Shown here: positions 40,418-49,697 of the stretch, piece by piece
Position numbering within the stretch: the stretch's first letter is position 1
How the letters are laid out: each line of letters opens with the position of its first letter
Origin: Thermoanaerobaculia bacterium
GTDB taxonomy: Bacteria; Acidobacteriota; Thermoanaerobaculia; Multivoradales; Multivoraceae
DNA: 64,000 nt
NCBI GenBank assembly: GCA_963664405.1
Contig: OY761158.1
Coordinates: forward strand, 800,001 to 864,000
Reading direction: 5' to 3'
Made by a program: the position numbers and the translations under genes
Notes under the pieces: model-generated
Seen by the model: the letters and a program-made list of their open reading frames with translations, nothing else
The model's database searches: none
Told to the model about the DNA's origin: nothing

Positions 40418-41209
40418 TCAGTTGAAAAACAGTCGATAGGTTCGCGGGTCGAGAGACTCTGAATCTAGCATCACGAAGTAGTCGATGGTCTTGAACTCTC
40501 GGTCGATTGCCGGAGGAGCGCAGACCAACCCGCCGTAACGAAGATAGGTGGCGAAGAGTTGAGGAAGCTCGACCGAGGGCTGCGACTCGACGTCGACGGC
40601 CGCACACTCGCACGCAACGGCCGACCGAGGCTGCAGCGACAAATTCGGATGCAGCTTACCTTGCTCTCCAAGCTGACGGTAGAGCCGAAGACCCTTGCAA
40701 GGATCTTGGGAAGTGAGCGAGCAGCAGCCGAATAAGTAGCGCTTATCGAAAGCTTGAAGATACCTCGCCAGGCCCCTCCACAACAGAAACAGGACCTGTC
40801 GATTGCGGTGTTCCAACGCAATGCAAGCTCGGCCCACTTCGACCGCCTTGCAGAGCATCTCATCAGGGAGATCCTCGAGACCGAACTCACCCGCGGAATA
40901 GAAGGCGCCTACCTCCCCCGCCATCTCCAAGGTCTGCATACGGTAGGTGCCGATCACTGTCGACGTCGTCCGATCTTCCACCAGCAGGTGGTGGCAAACG
41001 TTGTCGAAACCGTCTTCATCACGCTCGGTCGCAAAAGAGGTATCCAGTCCCTCGCCCAGCTCCAAGTTGAAGACTCTGAAGCGAAGATGCTGGATCTCAT
41101 CCAGCTCGTCTCTGCTGCGTACGAAGCGCAACCGATAGCGCCCCTGCTCGAGTTCCACGCTCGGGGCTGGGAGCAAGGCGGAAACAGTCTGTCCTACGGC
41201 TTCGGTCAC
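40418..41209 (-). CDS. GNAT N-acyltransferase, OlsB-like (N-acyl amino acid synthase)
   Basis: LRFRVFNLELGEG, DEDGFD..CHHL, GTYRM, FYSAGEF, EVGRACI, LFGCCS, PPAIDREFKTID. Confidence 0.88.
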   Translation of the reverse strand: MTEAVGQTVSALLPAPSVELEQGRYRLRFVRSRDELDEIQHLRFRVFNLELGEGLDTSFATERDEDGFDNVCHHLLVEDRTTSTVIGTYRMQTLEMAGEVGAFYSAGEFGLEDLPDEMLCKAVEVGRACIALEHRNRQVLFLLWRGLARYLQAFDKRYLFGCCSLTSQDPCKGLRLYRQLGEQGKLHPNLSLQPRSAVACECAAVDVESQPSVELPQLFATYLRYGGLVCAPPAIDREFKTIDYFVMLDSESLDPRTYRLFFN

Positions 41210-41227
41210 GACTATGCCTTCAGCGAG

Positions 41228-41992
41228 TCAATTCGGTTGCAAAGCGATGTGCTCAAGCTCCGCCTGGAAGATGCGTAGGTCCCCCTGGCGATGGATACGC
41301 CCGCGAAGACGTACCGGTTTCGCGACCCAATCTAGGATCTCTCGGCCCGGAGCCGCTCCTCGAGCATCTTGGAGGAGAAAAATGACGCTCTCACCATCGC
41401 TATTCTCGGCGATAAAGAGAGGCGGTATGCCGCCGCTGATGCAACGCACTGAACAAGAGCGATGGGGCTTGCCTCGGCCCGGCTTCATGACCCCGCTGTA
41501 GCATTTGCTGTCGAGGATTTCGCCCACTAGCTGATACACCCCAAGATCCTCTTCCAACGCGGCATCGACCCTCCCGGCACCCAGATCCATCAGTGAGCCG
41601 GGCTCGATCTCCAGAGTCGCAACCGCGTCACTATAAGCGAGGGCTCCGGCAAGTGACACCCTTCTGCCGTCGAGCCCGCCAACGACAGCCCCAGCGCCGT
41701 GCTTTCCAAAAGTACCGAGAAGAAACGAAGAATGAGCCGACGCCCCTTCGGCCGCAGCCCCGGGGCGATCCACGAGGAGGCGAGGGTAGGGCGCCTCGAG
41801 CAGCGTTCCCGTCCACTCGCGATACTCTCCGTATTCGAAAACAGCGGGAGCGAAAGCACTCTCTCGCGAGATCAAGAGCGAGGCAAGCGCGACGCCGCCG
41901 ACCACCAGACCGAGGGCACAGCGGCGCATCAACCGACCGATGCCTGGAGGCACGTCGAGATAGCCGACGAAGAACTCAGGCTCGGGCTTCAT
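41228..41992 (-). CDS. Hypothetical membrane-anchored protein with Cys/His motif
   Basis: EFFVGYL, one TM helix, GEILDSKCYSGVMKPG..KPHRSCSVRCISGGIPP. Confidence 0.75.
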   Translation of the reverse strand: MKPEPEFFVGYLDVPPGIGRLMRRCALGLVVGGVALASLLISRESAFAPAVFEYGEYREWTGTLLEAPYPRLLVDRPGAAAEGASAHSSFLLGTFGKHGAGAVVGGLDGRRVSLAGALAYSDAVATLEIEPGSLMDLGAGRVDAALEEDLGVYQLVGEILDSKCYSGVMKPGRGKPHRSCSVRCISGGIPPLFIAENSDGESVIFLLQDARGAAPGREILDWVAKPVRLRGRIHRQGDLRIFQAELEHIALQPN

Positions 41993-42005
41993 GGCCCCCC
42001 TCCGC

Positions 42006-43043
42006 TCATACGATCGCAGGCTCCACGTGAGTGCCGGCTGGATTGGGCTGAGGGTGGATCCAAACGCTGCCCTCCTTCACCTTGACCCGAAAGGTCGGAA
42101 TCTTCTCAGTGAAGGGCGGCGGTGAGGCGCCTGTCTCGGGAATGTACTGGTAGCCGTGCCACGGACAGGTCACGCAACCGTCAACGATCTTGCCCTCGCC
42201 GAGGGGACCATTCTGATGCTGGCAGACATTGGAGATTGCAGACAGCTTGCCGTCATAGCGAAAGAGCGCCACTCTCTCTCCGGCCAGGCAAAAGATGCGG
42301 GCTCTATCTTCCGGGACTTCCAGCGGGGTGCAGACCGCTACATACCCCTCCTCGTCGGCGGATGAGATCCCGACCGCACGGTCGCGCCGTCGTTCGCCCA
42401 GAGCTGCCACGAGATGGAGACCGAACACCCAGACCACTCCCAAACCCAGCACCCCCGCCAACACCGGATCGACCTCCATCTGAAGGACGCCGAGGGCTAC
42501 ATGTACTACGAGCAAGCTGTATGCGACATAGACCCCCATATGCAGGGCCTTCCACATCGGCGCGGTCAGGTTGGCGAGCCAGAAGTCGTGACTGGTGGCG
42601 GCCATCAGGAAGAGAATCGTGAGAGCCGCAAGCCCGAGCACCTGAAACGGGAATTGGGCCAGCGAGCCCCAGTCGCCATTGCTGGTGAGAACGCTGAGAA
42701 GGGGGTTGATGTCGCCAACAGCGTGGAACTGGACCATCGAGAAGAGGCCGTGGGCCAAGCCGACGAGAAACATGGTGACGCCGAGATGTCGGCGGTTGTA
42801 GAGCAGCGGGAGAAAACGCGGATCGAGCCGGCTCAGTGGGCCAATCGACAAGATGATGTGGAGGAGCAGGAAGGAGCAGGTGCCCAGAGCGCGGATGAGG
42901 GTCGTCTCGAGCGTCCCGTTAGGTCGCAGCAGAATGCTGAAAACCACAAAGGCGACGAGGTACACAAGCACTCCCCCGAGCAGCACTTGGTCATAGCGCT
43001 TCTTCCATGGGGTCCAGCCAACGCCCCTGTAGCTGACGCTCAT
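42006..43043 (-). CDS. Ferric-reductase-like (MsrQ-type heme b) membrane domain fused to C-terminal Rieske [2Fe-2S]
   Basis: YNRRHLGV, AATSHDFW, WKALH..VY, then CQHQNGPL...CPWHGY; ATG at 43043 overlaps the upstream stop (ATGA). Confidence 0.88.
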   Translation of the reverse strand: MSVSYRGVGWTPWKKRYDQVLLGGVLVYLVAFVVFSILLRPNGTLETTLIRALGTCSFLLLHIILSIGPLSRLDPRFLPLLYNRRHLGVTMFLVGLAHGLFSMVQFHAVGDINPLLSVLTSNGDWGSLAQFPFQVLGLAALTILFLMAATSHDFWLANLTAPMWKALHMGVYVAYSLLVVHVALGVLQMEVDPVLAGVLGLGVVWVFGLHLVAALGERRRDRAVGISSADEEGYVAVCTPLEVPEDRARIFCLAGERVALFRYDGKLSAISNVCQHQNGPLGEGKIVDGCVTCPWHGYQYIPETGASPPPFTEKIPTFRVKVKEGSVWIHPQPNPAGTHVEPAIV

Positions 43044-43501
43044 CCAGCGCCTCCGTCGTCGGACAGCAGCTGGGCACGCCCGAGAACGAGACCATGGCCA
43101 AGGCTGAAAAGAAGAAGCTCGTCTCCAGGAGCGCAACCTCCAGGGAGCGCGAATCGGCGGCGCTCCCCCGGCCGGATGGCGCCGAGGGCCCAGGCGCCAG
43201 TCGGCAAAGACTCTCCCGTCGACGAGCGAGCACAATAGAGAAGCATCTCCGGCGAAACCAGGTCAGGAGAGACTTCGACCGTGACCACAGCCGCCGGCGT
43301 CTCCTCCCACCAGCCCACAACTCCCGATATTGACCAAGCCAGAGGACGGGCGGAGACCTGAGCAGGTGGCGTGAGAAGGCCATCGAGGTCGGCCGCCGGT
43401 ATCGGTGTCCTGGCCCCCAGAGCGAACCCATAGAGAACGGCGACTCCGCAGCCAAGCGTGGCCACCAAGACGCCATGAAGTCTGCGCAGGGGCCGGATCA
43501 C
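43040..43501 (-). CDS. Hypothetical membrane-anchored protein
   Basis: (M)IRPLRRLHGVLVATL...LLLFSLGHG; GTG start overlaps the upstream TGA and its stop overlaps the downstream ATG. Confidence 0.65.
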   Translation of the reverse strand: MIRPLRRLHGVLVATLGCGVAVLYGFALGARTPIPAADLDGLLTPPAQVSARPLAWSISGVVGWWEETPAAVVTVEVSPDLVSPEMLLYCARSSTGESLPTGAWALGAIRPGERRRFALPGGCAPGDELLLFSLGHGLVLGRAQLLSDDGGAG

Positions 43502-43749
43502 CGCCGCACCCGGCCGCGATGGGGGGTCCACTCGGCAGGAGGCCCCTGTCGCCGAATCCAGCGAGCCAGCATCAAGGGCCACAAAGCCACGACTCCTGGC
43601 ACGATGAGGAGCCGAAAGCCCCAGGTGCCTTCGACTGCGCTGGGGTCGATGCGCTTCACCCCACGGGCCACGAAAGGCACAGCGAAGAGAAGGCCGAGCG
43701 CCGAATAAATGCCGACGACCAGCACCAACAGCTCGGGCAAGGTCTTCAC
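43498..43749 (-). CDS. Small two-TM hypothetical protein
   Basis: YSALGLLFAVPF...IDP...GFRLLIVPG..ALWPL; first gene of a coupled operon. Confidence 0.7.
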   Translation of the reverse strand: MKTLPELLVLVVGIYSALGLLFAVPFVARGVKRIDPSAVEGTWGFRLLIVPGVVALWPLMLARWIRRQGPPAEWTPHRGRVRR

Positions 43750-43889
43750 AGAGATCCCAAGCTAGCACAGGCTCGTTGCTCTAGCCGGGAGGCCGTGCTA
43801 GCTTTCGTGTCTGCACAACCGGGACAATCGAAACACAACCGCGCGCGAGAACGCCGTCGACTCCCGGGGCTGCTAAGGGGGTAGGAACA

Positions 43890-45503
43890 ATGCGGAAACA
43901 GAACGTAGCTGTCTGGAGTGAGCTCCCGGATCGCGAGCCGGCACACGCCCTGGTGGAGAACGTCGACCTCGTGGTGGTCCGTTTCGACGACCAGGTCTCG
44001 GTGCTCTATGGGCGTTGCCTGCATCGCGGCGCTCTTCTCGCCGACGGCAGCATCGTCGGAGACGACCTCGTCTGCGGCGTCCACGGTTGGGACTTTCGAT
44101 ACGACACCGGGGTGAGCGCCTACAACCACCGAGAGGTGCTGAACAAGTTCAATGCCTGGGTCGAAGATGGAGCGGTGTGGGTGGATGCGGACGAGATCGC
44201 GGACTGGCAGCGCGAGAACCCGCAGGCCTACGAGCGCGACAGCTACCAGGGTAACTACGCCGACCTCCATGGAACTCCGCAGGAGCCACACACCGGAGTG
44301 ATCCGCGATCTGGCCAACGATGGTCTCTCCAAGGTCGGTCACCATGGGCCGGTTGCCGCGATGGGAGTGCCGCGCCAGGAGCTACCGTCATGGGATCAGA
44401 TTCAATTCGTTACCGGTCAGCTCGCCACCCTGCCCCAGCTCGACGACACCGAAGTCGGATCCGAGCTCGTGATCGGACCCGACGCCAAGAAGCCGCTGCG
44501 TCTGGAGCTCCCTATCTTCGTCTCGGATATGAGTTTTGGCGCCCTTTCGTTCGAAGCCAAGGTGGCGCTCTCCAAGGGCTCAGAGCTGGCCGGCACCGGC
44601 ATCTGCTCGGGAGAAGGCGGCATGCTGCCGGAAGAGCAGGAGGCCTGTAGTCGATACTTCTACGAGCTCGCATCCGCGCGCTTCGGCTACTCCATGGAGA
44701 AAGTGAAACGGGTCCAAGCCTTCCACTTCAAGGGTGGTCAGGGAGCCAAGACCGGCACCGGGGGCCATCTCCCGGGCGCGAAGGTCATAGGCAGGATCGC
44801 CGAAGTCCGCGGGCTCGAAGAGGGGCAATCGGCGGTCTCTCCTCCGCGCTTCCCCGACTGGGACCACGAAGACGACTTCCGCGCCTTCGCCGAAGAGGTG
44901 CGAGAGGCGACCGGCGGCATCCCGATCGGATTCAAACTGTCGGCGCAGCACATCGAAGACGACATCGACGCAGCGCTCCGCATCGGCGTCGACTACATCA
45001 TTCTCGACGGTCGTGGAGGCGGCACTGGCGCTGCCCCACTGCTCTTTCGCGACAACATCTCGGTGCCCACGCTCGCCGCCCTCGCTCGCGCCCGCCGCCA
45101 CCTCGACTGCCTGGGGCGGCGCGAGATCACTCTTATCGTTACCGGCGGCCTGCGAACACCCGCAGACTTCGCCAAAGCCATGGCTCTCGGAGCCGATGGA
45201 GTTGCAGTCTCCAACGCGGCTCTCCAGGCCATCGGTTGCCTCGGTATGCGTGCTTGTCACACCAATAACTGCCCGGTAGGCATCGCTACCCAGCAACCCC
45301 ATTTGCGGGCCCGCCTGCCGGTCGACGAAGCGGCTGAGCGACTGGCGCGTTTCTTTGGAGCTACAGTGGATCTGATGAAGGTTCTGGCTCGCGCCTGCGG
45401 CCACACGCATCTCAACCAGCTGCGCAGCCACGACCTGGTGACCTGGGACCGTGACGTGGCCTATCTCACCGGGGTGACCTACGCGGGAGCAACGCCACTA
45501 TGA
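43890..45503 (+). CDS. Rieske [2Fe-2S] fused to FMN-binding glutamate-synthase-like domain
   Basis: CLHRG...CGVHGW; SDMSFGALS, SGEGG, GQGAKTGTGGHLPG, DGRGGGTGA, C-x5-C-x4-C (CLGMRACHTNNC) [3Fe-4S] motif. Confidence 0.9.
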   Translation: MRKQNVAVWSELPDREPAHALVENVDLVVVRFDDQVSVLYGRCLHRGALLADGSIVGDDLVCGVHGWDFRYDTGVSAYNHREVLNKFNAWVEDGAVWVDADEIADWQRENPQAYERDSYQGNYADLHGTPQEPHTGVIRDLANDGLSKVGHHGPVAAMGVPRQELPSWDQIQFVTGQLATLPQLDDTEVGSELVIGPDAKKPLRLELPIFVSDMSFGALSFEAKVALSKGSELAGTGICSGEGGMLPEEQEACSRYFYELASARFGYSMEKVKRVQAFHFKGGQGAKTGTGGHLPGAKVIGRIAEVRGLEEGQSAVSPPRFPDWDHEDDFRAFAEEVREATGGIPIGFKLSAQHIEDDIDAALRIGVDYIILDGRGGGTGAAPLLFRDNISVPTLAALARARRHLDCLGRREITLIVTGGLRTPADFAKAMALGADGVAVSNAALQAIGCLGMRACHTNNCPVGIATQQPHLRARLPVDEAAERLARFFGATVDLMKVLARACGHTHLNQLRSHDLVTWDRDVAYLTGVTYAGATPL

Positions 45504-45519
45504 GCAGCGGAGCACGATC

Positions 45520-47469
45520 ATGAGCAACACGACCGACGTCGTATGGCACCGCGTTCTCGCTCCCGACGAGCTTCCGGAGGGGCGCGTTCGCGCCGTCGAC
45601 GCCGCCGGCACCAGTCTGGCGATCACTCACTACGAAGGTACCTACTCGGCCCTCGCCAATGCCTGCCCGCACCAGGGCGGGCCCCTCGGCGAAGGCACTA
45701 TCGAGAACGGCTGGCTGCGCTGCCCGTGGCACGGATGGGACTTTCATCCCTGCACCGGGAAGCCCCCGGGCGGCTACGACGACGGAGTCGCGACCTGTCC
45801 GGTCGAGGCTCGGGACGACGGAATCTATGTCGGCCTCGATCCACAAGCGGCCGCTCACCAGCCGACCGTTTCCGATGTCATGGTGGAGACCATGGTCAAC
45901 TGGGGAGTGACCCACGTCTTCGGAATGGTTGGCCACTCCAACCTCGGCCTCGCCGACGCGATCCGGCGCCAAGAGGAAGCAGGCAAGCTAAAGTTCATCG
46001 GCATTCGTCACGAGGGGGCGGCCTCCTTCGCCGCCTCGGCCTACGCCAAGCTGACGGGGCGCCCGGCCGCCTGCTTTTCGATCGCCGGCCCCGGCGCGAC
46101 CAATCTGCTCACCGGGCTGTGGGACGCCAAGGTGGATCGTGCTCCGATCCTCGCTCTCACCGGACAGGTCGACACTCAGGTGCTCGGGCCCGGCGCCTTC
46201 CAGGAAGTCGATCTCTCGGCCGCCTTCTCGAGCGTCGCCGCATGGAGTCAGACCGTGCTCTCTACCAGTAAGCACGCCGAGCTCATGACCCTGGCCTTGA
46301 AGCACGCCACATTGCGCCGCGACGTCTCCCATCTGATCTTTCCCGACGAGGTCCAAACGCTCCCGTTAGAGGGGGCGTCCGCCTCCGGTCCGACCGGGCG
46401 AGTACCCAACCTCGAAGTCGCCCCGCCCGAGGAGTCTCTCGGGCAGGCGGTCGAGCTCTTGGAGAAGGCGCAGCGACCGCTGATCATCGTCGGCCACGGT
46501 GCTCGCTTCGAAATGGACGGCATCCTCGCTCTCGCCGAGCGCCTCCAATGCCCCGTCGTCACCACCTTCAAGGGCAAGGGAATGGTCTCAGACCATCATC
46601 CTCTGGGCTGCGGCGTCCTCGGCCGCTCCGGCACGCCAATCGCGAGCTGGTTCATGAACGAAGCGGACCTTCTATTGGTGCTTGGCGCCTCGTTCTCGAA
46701 CCACACCGGCATCACCGACAAGAAACCGACCATCCAGGTGGACTATGACCCGTTGGCGCTGGGTAAGTTCCATGCCGTGGATGTCCCGGTGCTTGGCGAG
46801 ATAGGCGTCACCTGTCGCCAGCTCTCCGATCGTCTGCCGGAAGGCCTCGCCGCGCTCGATCTACGCGACGAGATCGCCGAGCGCTGGGCTTTGTGGCGTG
46901 CCGAGAAGACGAAGCGGGAGGGTGAAGATCGGGGGCTGGGAGTCTCGTCGGCGAGTCTCTTCGCGGCGCTCAATCGTCAGCTGCCCGAAGACGCGGTCAT
47001 CGCCGTCGATGTCGGCAACAACACCTACTCCTTCGGGCGTTACTTCGAGTGTGCTCGTCAATCGGTGTTGATGTCGGGCTATCTCGGCTCCATCGGCTTC
47101 GGATTCCCGGCCGCCATGGGCGCCTGGGCCGCAGCGCCCGATCGCCCGATCGTCAGCATCTCGGGTGACGGCGGCTTTGGCCAGTACATGGCCGAGCTCA
47201 ACACCGCGGTCAAATACGAGATGAATCTGACCCACATCCTCTTGAACAACTCCCAGTTGGGAAAAATCTCGAAAGAGCAGCGCTCAGGCGCGTTCGAAGT
47301 CTGGCAGACCTCCCTGAGCAACCCCGACTTCTCTCGCTACGCCGAGAACTGCGGCGCCCTCGGCATCCGAGTCACCGACAAGGCCGAGCTCGACAGCGCT
47401 CTCGAGCGGGCTCTGGCCCACGAAGGCCCCGCCCTGGTCGAGATCATCACCGACGCCGAGCTCGTCTAG
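45520..47469 (+). CDS. Rieske [2Fe-2S] fused to ThDP-dependent enzyme (pyruvate oxidase/acetolactate synthase family)
   Basis: CPHQGGPL...CPWHGW; IRHEGAASF, GPGATN, FQE, GDGG...LLNN ThDP motif. Confidence 0.9.
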   Translation: MSNTTDVVWHRVLAPDELPEGRVRAVDAAGTSLAITHYEGTYSALANACPHQGGPLGEGTIENGWLRCPWHGWDFHPCTGKPPGGYDDGVATCPVEARDDGIYVGLDPQAAAHQPTVSDVMVETMVNWGVTHVFGMVGHSNLGLADAIRRQEEAGKLKFIGIRHEGAASFAASAYAKLTGRPAACFSIAGPGATNLLTGLWDAKVDRAPILALTGQVDTQVLGPGAFQEVDLSAAFSSVAAWSQTVLSTSKHAELMTLALKHATLRRDVSHLIFPDEVQTLPLEGASASGPTGRVPNLEVAPPEESLGQAVELLEKAQRPLIIVGHGARFEMDGILALAERLQCPVVTTFKGKGMVSDHHPLGCGVLGRSGTPIASWFMNEADLLLVLGASFSNHTGITDKKPTIQVDYDPLALGKFHAVDVPVLGEIGVTCRQLSDRLPEGLAALDLRDEIAERWALWRAEKTKREGEDRGLGVSSASLFAALNRQLPEDAVIAVDVGNNTYSFGRYFECARQSVLMSGYLGSIGFGFPAAMGAWAAAPDRPIVSISGDGGFGQYMAELNTAVKYEMNLTHILLNNSQLGKISKEQRSGAFEVWQTSLSNPDFSRYAENCGALGIRVTDKAELDSALERALAHEGPALVEIITDAELV

Positions 47470-47594
47470 GCTCCAGAAATGATGGCTATCATTTCCTCCG
47501 CCTAGTTGTCTTTTGGCGCCGAGGACGGCGCACTTGGGCGTTGCTTCCTATTCGCTCACGGAAACGGCTCAGGACGAATACTCGGACACGGCTC
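47470..47594 (+). repeat. Solo copy of two-hairpin repeat with conserved tail, CTAG-flanked
   Basis: GAAATGATGGCTATCATTTCC, GCGCCGAGGACGGCGC, TTGCTTCCTATTCGCTC; CTAG at 47466-47469 and 47595-47598. Confidence 0.8.
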
Positions 47595-47657
47595 CTAGCC
47601 TGGATTACTCATGAAGCTCCTACTACGGTGCCGCAGCTCGGCGGATTCGGCCGCCGC

Positions 47658-47900
47658 TCAGAAGTGGAAGACGACAGCGGCCTCTGGGCCGCTGACGGCC
47701 ACGTCATAAACGAAACGATCGGGCCGGCGACGGTCCAGGCACCGCGAAGGGGGCTGTGACGCGTACCCCTACGACCGGATCGACCCATTCCTTCTCGTCT
47801 TCGAAGCCGGCGCCTGCCGGGCCCGTGGTGGTGACGCGGGCATCGATCGAAAGTAACGCGCGCCGAAGAGCACCTCGACGGCGTCCGACACCCGGATTGC
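47658..47900 (-). pseudogene. Decayed outer-membrane beta-barrel gene fragment
   Basis: Across frameshifts reads VSDAVEVLFGARYF/IDARV...EKEWVDPVVGVRVTAPF/WTVAG/PDRFVYDVAVSGPEAAVVFHF-stop (terminal Phe beta-signal). Confidence 0.6.
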
Positions 47901-47960
47901 TAGACTCCGCAAGATTCTCCGACCTCAGAACAGTCCGAGCGACGCAACTCTGGAGACCCG

Positions 47961-49391
47961 ATGAAAGATCTCATGGCCATGACCCTCACCGCCGTGGTGC
48001 TTCTCGCCTCGAGCGCACACGCGCAGGAGAAGCCAAACATCGTCCTCGTTTTCATGGACAACTTCGGTTGGGGGGAGCCCGGCTTCAACGGCGGCGGGAT
48101 CATTCGCGGCGCGGCGACGCCACGGCTCGACCAGCTGGCCAGCGAGGGCCTGCGCTTGACCAACTTCAACGTCGAAGCCCAATGTACGCCGTCTCGCTCG
48201 GCAATCTTGACCGGCCGTTACGCGATCCGCAGCGGTAATGGAACCGCCCCCCTTGGCGACGGTGTGTACGGTCTGGTGCAGTGGGAGGTCACGATGGCAG
48301 AGATGCTCTCGGACGCCGGCTACAACACCGCTATGTTCGGGAAGTGGCACCTGGGACGCACCGAGGGCAGGTTCCCGACCGACCAGGGTTTCGATGAATG
48401 GTACGGAATCCAGAACTCCACCGACGAGTCGGCCTACCCCGCGCTCGAGGGATTCTCGGACAGCGGAGTGGCAGAGACCTTCGTCCTGGAAGCACGGAGG
48501 GGTGAAACGCCGCGGAGGGTGCGCCCGTGGAACTTGGAGTATCGCCCGCTCATCGATGGCGACCTGACCGACAAGGCGATCGACTTCATGCAGCGTCAGT
48601 CGAAGAGCGAGAAGCCTTTCTTCCTCTACCTTCCCTACACTGCGACCCACTACCCGACGCGCCCGCACCCGGACTTCGTAGGCACCACAGGCAATGGGAC
48701 CTGGGCGGATCTCCTGCACCAGATCGACACCTACAATGGGAGGTTACTGGATGAGATCGAGGACCTGGGTATCCGCGACAACACCCTCTTTATCTTCACG
48801 GCCGACAACGGGCCGGAGGCGCCGCCACCCGGAACTAACACACTGACAGTCGATACTCCCACCCCGGGATCGGCCGGACCTTGGCGCGGCACCCTGTTCA
48901 CCGGTTTCGAAGCCAGCCTGAGGGTTCCCTTCGCCATCCGCTGGCCTGGAAAGATCCCGCCTGGAGCCAGCAATGAAATCGTTCACGAGATGGATCTCTT
49001 CCCCACACTCGCGCGAATTGTGGGTGGAAAGGTGCCGGAGGACCGCATCATCGACGGGGTAGACCAGACCGATTTCTTCCTCGGCAAACAGCAGAAGTCC
49101 AACCGTGAGGGCGTTATTGTCTACATGGGCGACGAGATTTTTGGGGTCAAGTGGCGCAACTGGAAAGTGAACTTCAAAGAGCTCGACACGGTCTTCGGTG
49201 AGACCAAGGAGTACGGAATGCCGCGGGTCTACAACCTTCTCTCCGACCCGCGCGAAAGCGTGAACGTTCTCTTTCCTAATACCTGGGTGCCCAAGGCGGC
49301 TCTGGGGCAACTGGGAGAGCATGTGGCCTCGTTGAAGGAGTACCCACCCATCCCCACCGGCGCGCCGGACCCCTACGAGCCACCCAAGTGA
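47961..49391 (+). CDS. Arylsulfatase (formylglycine-dependent)
   Basis: Signal peptide, KPNIV, CTPSRSAILTGR (CxPxR), GKWHLG, DNG. Confidence 0.94.
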   Translation: MKDLMAMTLTAVVLLASSAHAQEKPNIVLVFMDNFGWGEPGFNGGGIIRGAATPRLDQLASEGLRLTNFNVEAQCTPSRSAILTGRYAIRSGNGTAPLGDGVYGLVQWEVTMAEMLSDAGYNTAMFGKWHLGRTEGRFPTDQGFDEWYGIQNSTDESAYPALEGFSDSGVAETFVLEARRGETPRRVRPWNLEYRPLIDGDLTDKAIDFMQRQSKSEKPFFLYLPYTATHYPTRPHPDFVGTTGNGTWADLLHQIDTYNGRLLDEIEDLGIRDNTLFIFTADNGPEAPPPGTNTLTVDTPTPGSAGPWRGTLFTGFEASLRVPFAIRWPGKIPPGASNEIVHEMDLFPTLARIVGGKVPEDRIIDGVDQTDFFLGKQQKSNREGVIVYMGDEIFGVKWRNWKVNFKELDTVFGETKEYGMPRVYNLLSDPRESVNVLFPNTWVPKAALGQLGEHVASLKEYPPIPTGAPDPYEPPK

Positions 49392-49420
49392 TCACCCCAG
49401 GGGGTTTCGAAGTTCGAAGT

Positions 49421-49697
49421 GGTTCCGGATGCGCCGTCCTCGGCGCCATGTAATCAGAAGCGGAGGAAATGATAACCATCATTTCCGTAGATTCCGGATG
49501 CGCCATCCGCGGCGCCATGTAATCAGAACCGGAGGAAATGATAACCATCATTTCCGTAGGTTCCGGATGCGCCATCCGCGGCGCCATGTAATCAGAACCG
49601 GAGGAAATGATAACCATCATTTCCGTAGGTTCCGGATGCGCCGTCCTCGGCGCCATGTTATCTAGCCGCAGGAAATGATAGCGATCATTTCCGTAGG
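49421..49697 (-). repeat. Tandem array of two-hairpin repeat (4 units, 69-bp period), opposite orientation to the 33.3-kb array
   Basis: GCGCC(GTCCTC/ATCCGC)GGCGC at 49431, 49500, 49569, 49638; GGAAATGAT-N4-ATCATTTCC at 49465, 49534, 49603, 49671. Confidence 0.93.

Noticed and set aside
43890-45503. Calling this gltB or the methylamine-pathway mgsC
   Set aside because: Only the FMN/[3Fe-4S] domain is present, with no amidotransferase, GXGXG, gltD or gmaS partners nearby.
49465-49486. Fur/Zur box reading of GGAAATGAT-N4-ATCATTTCC
   Set aside because: Half-sites resemble them but the spacing does not fit, and most copies lie at gene 3' ends rather than promoters. Not fully excluded.
49276-49665. 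Repeat-protein ORFs (MAPRTAHPEPTEMMVIISS / MRRPRRHVIR), and similar ORFs at 33.2-33.8 kb
   Set aside because: By-products of the 69-bp period; the related array has 62- and 64-bp units that break frame, and conservation follows DNA symmetry.
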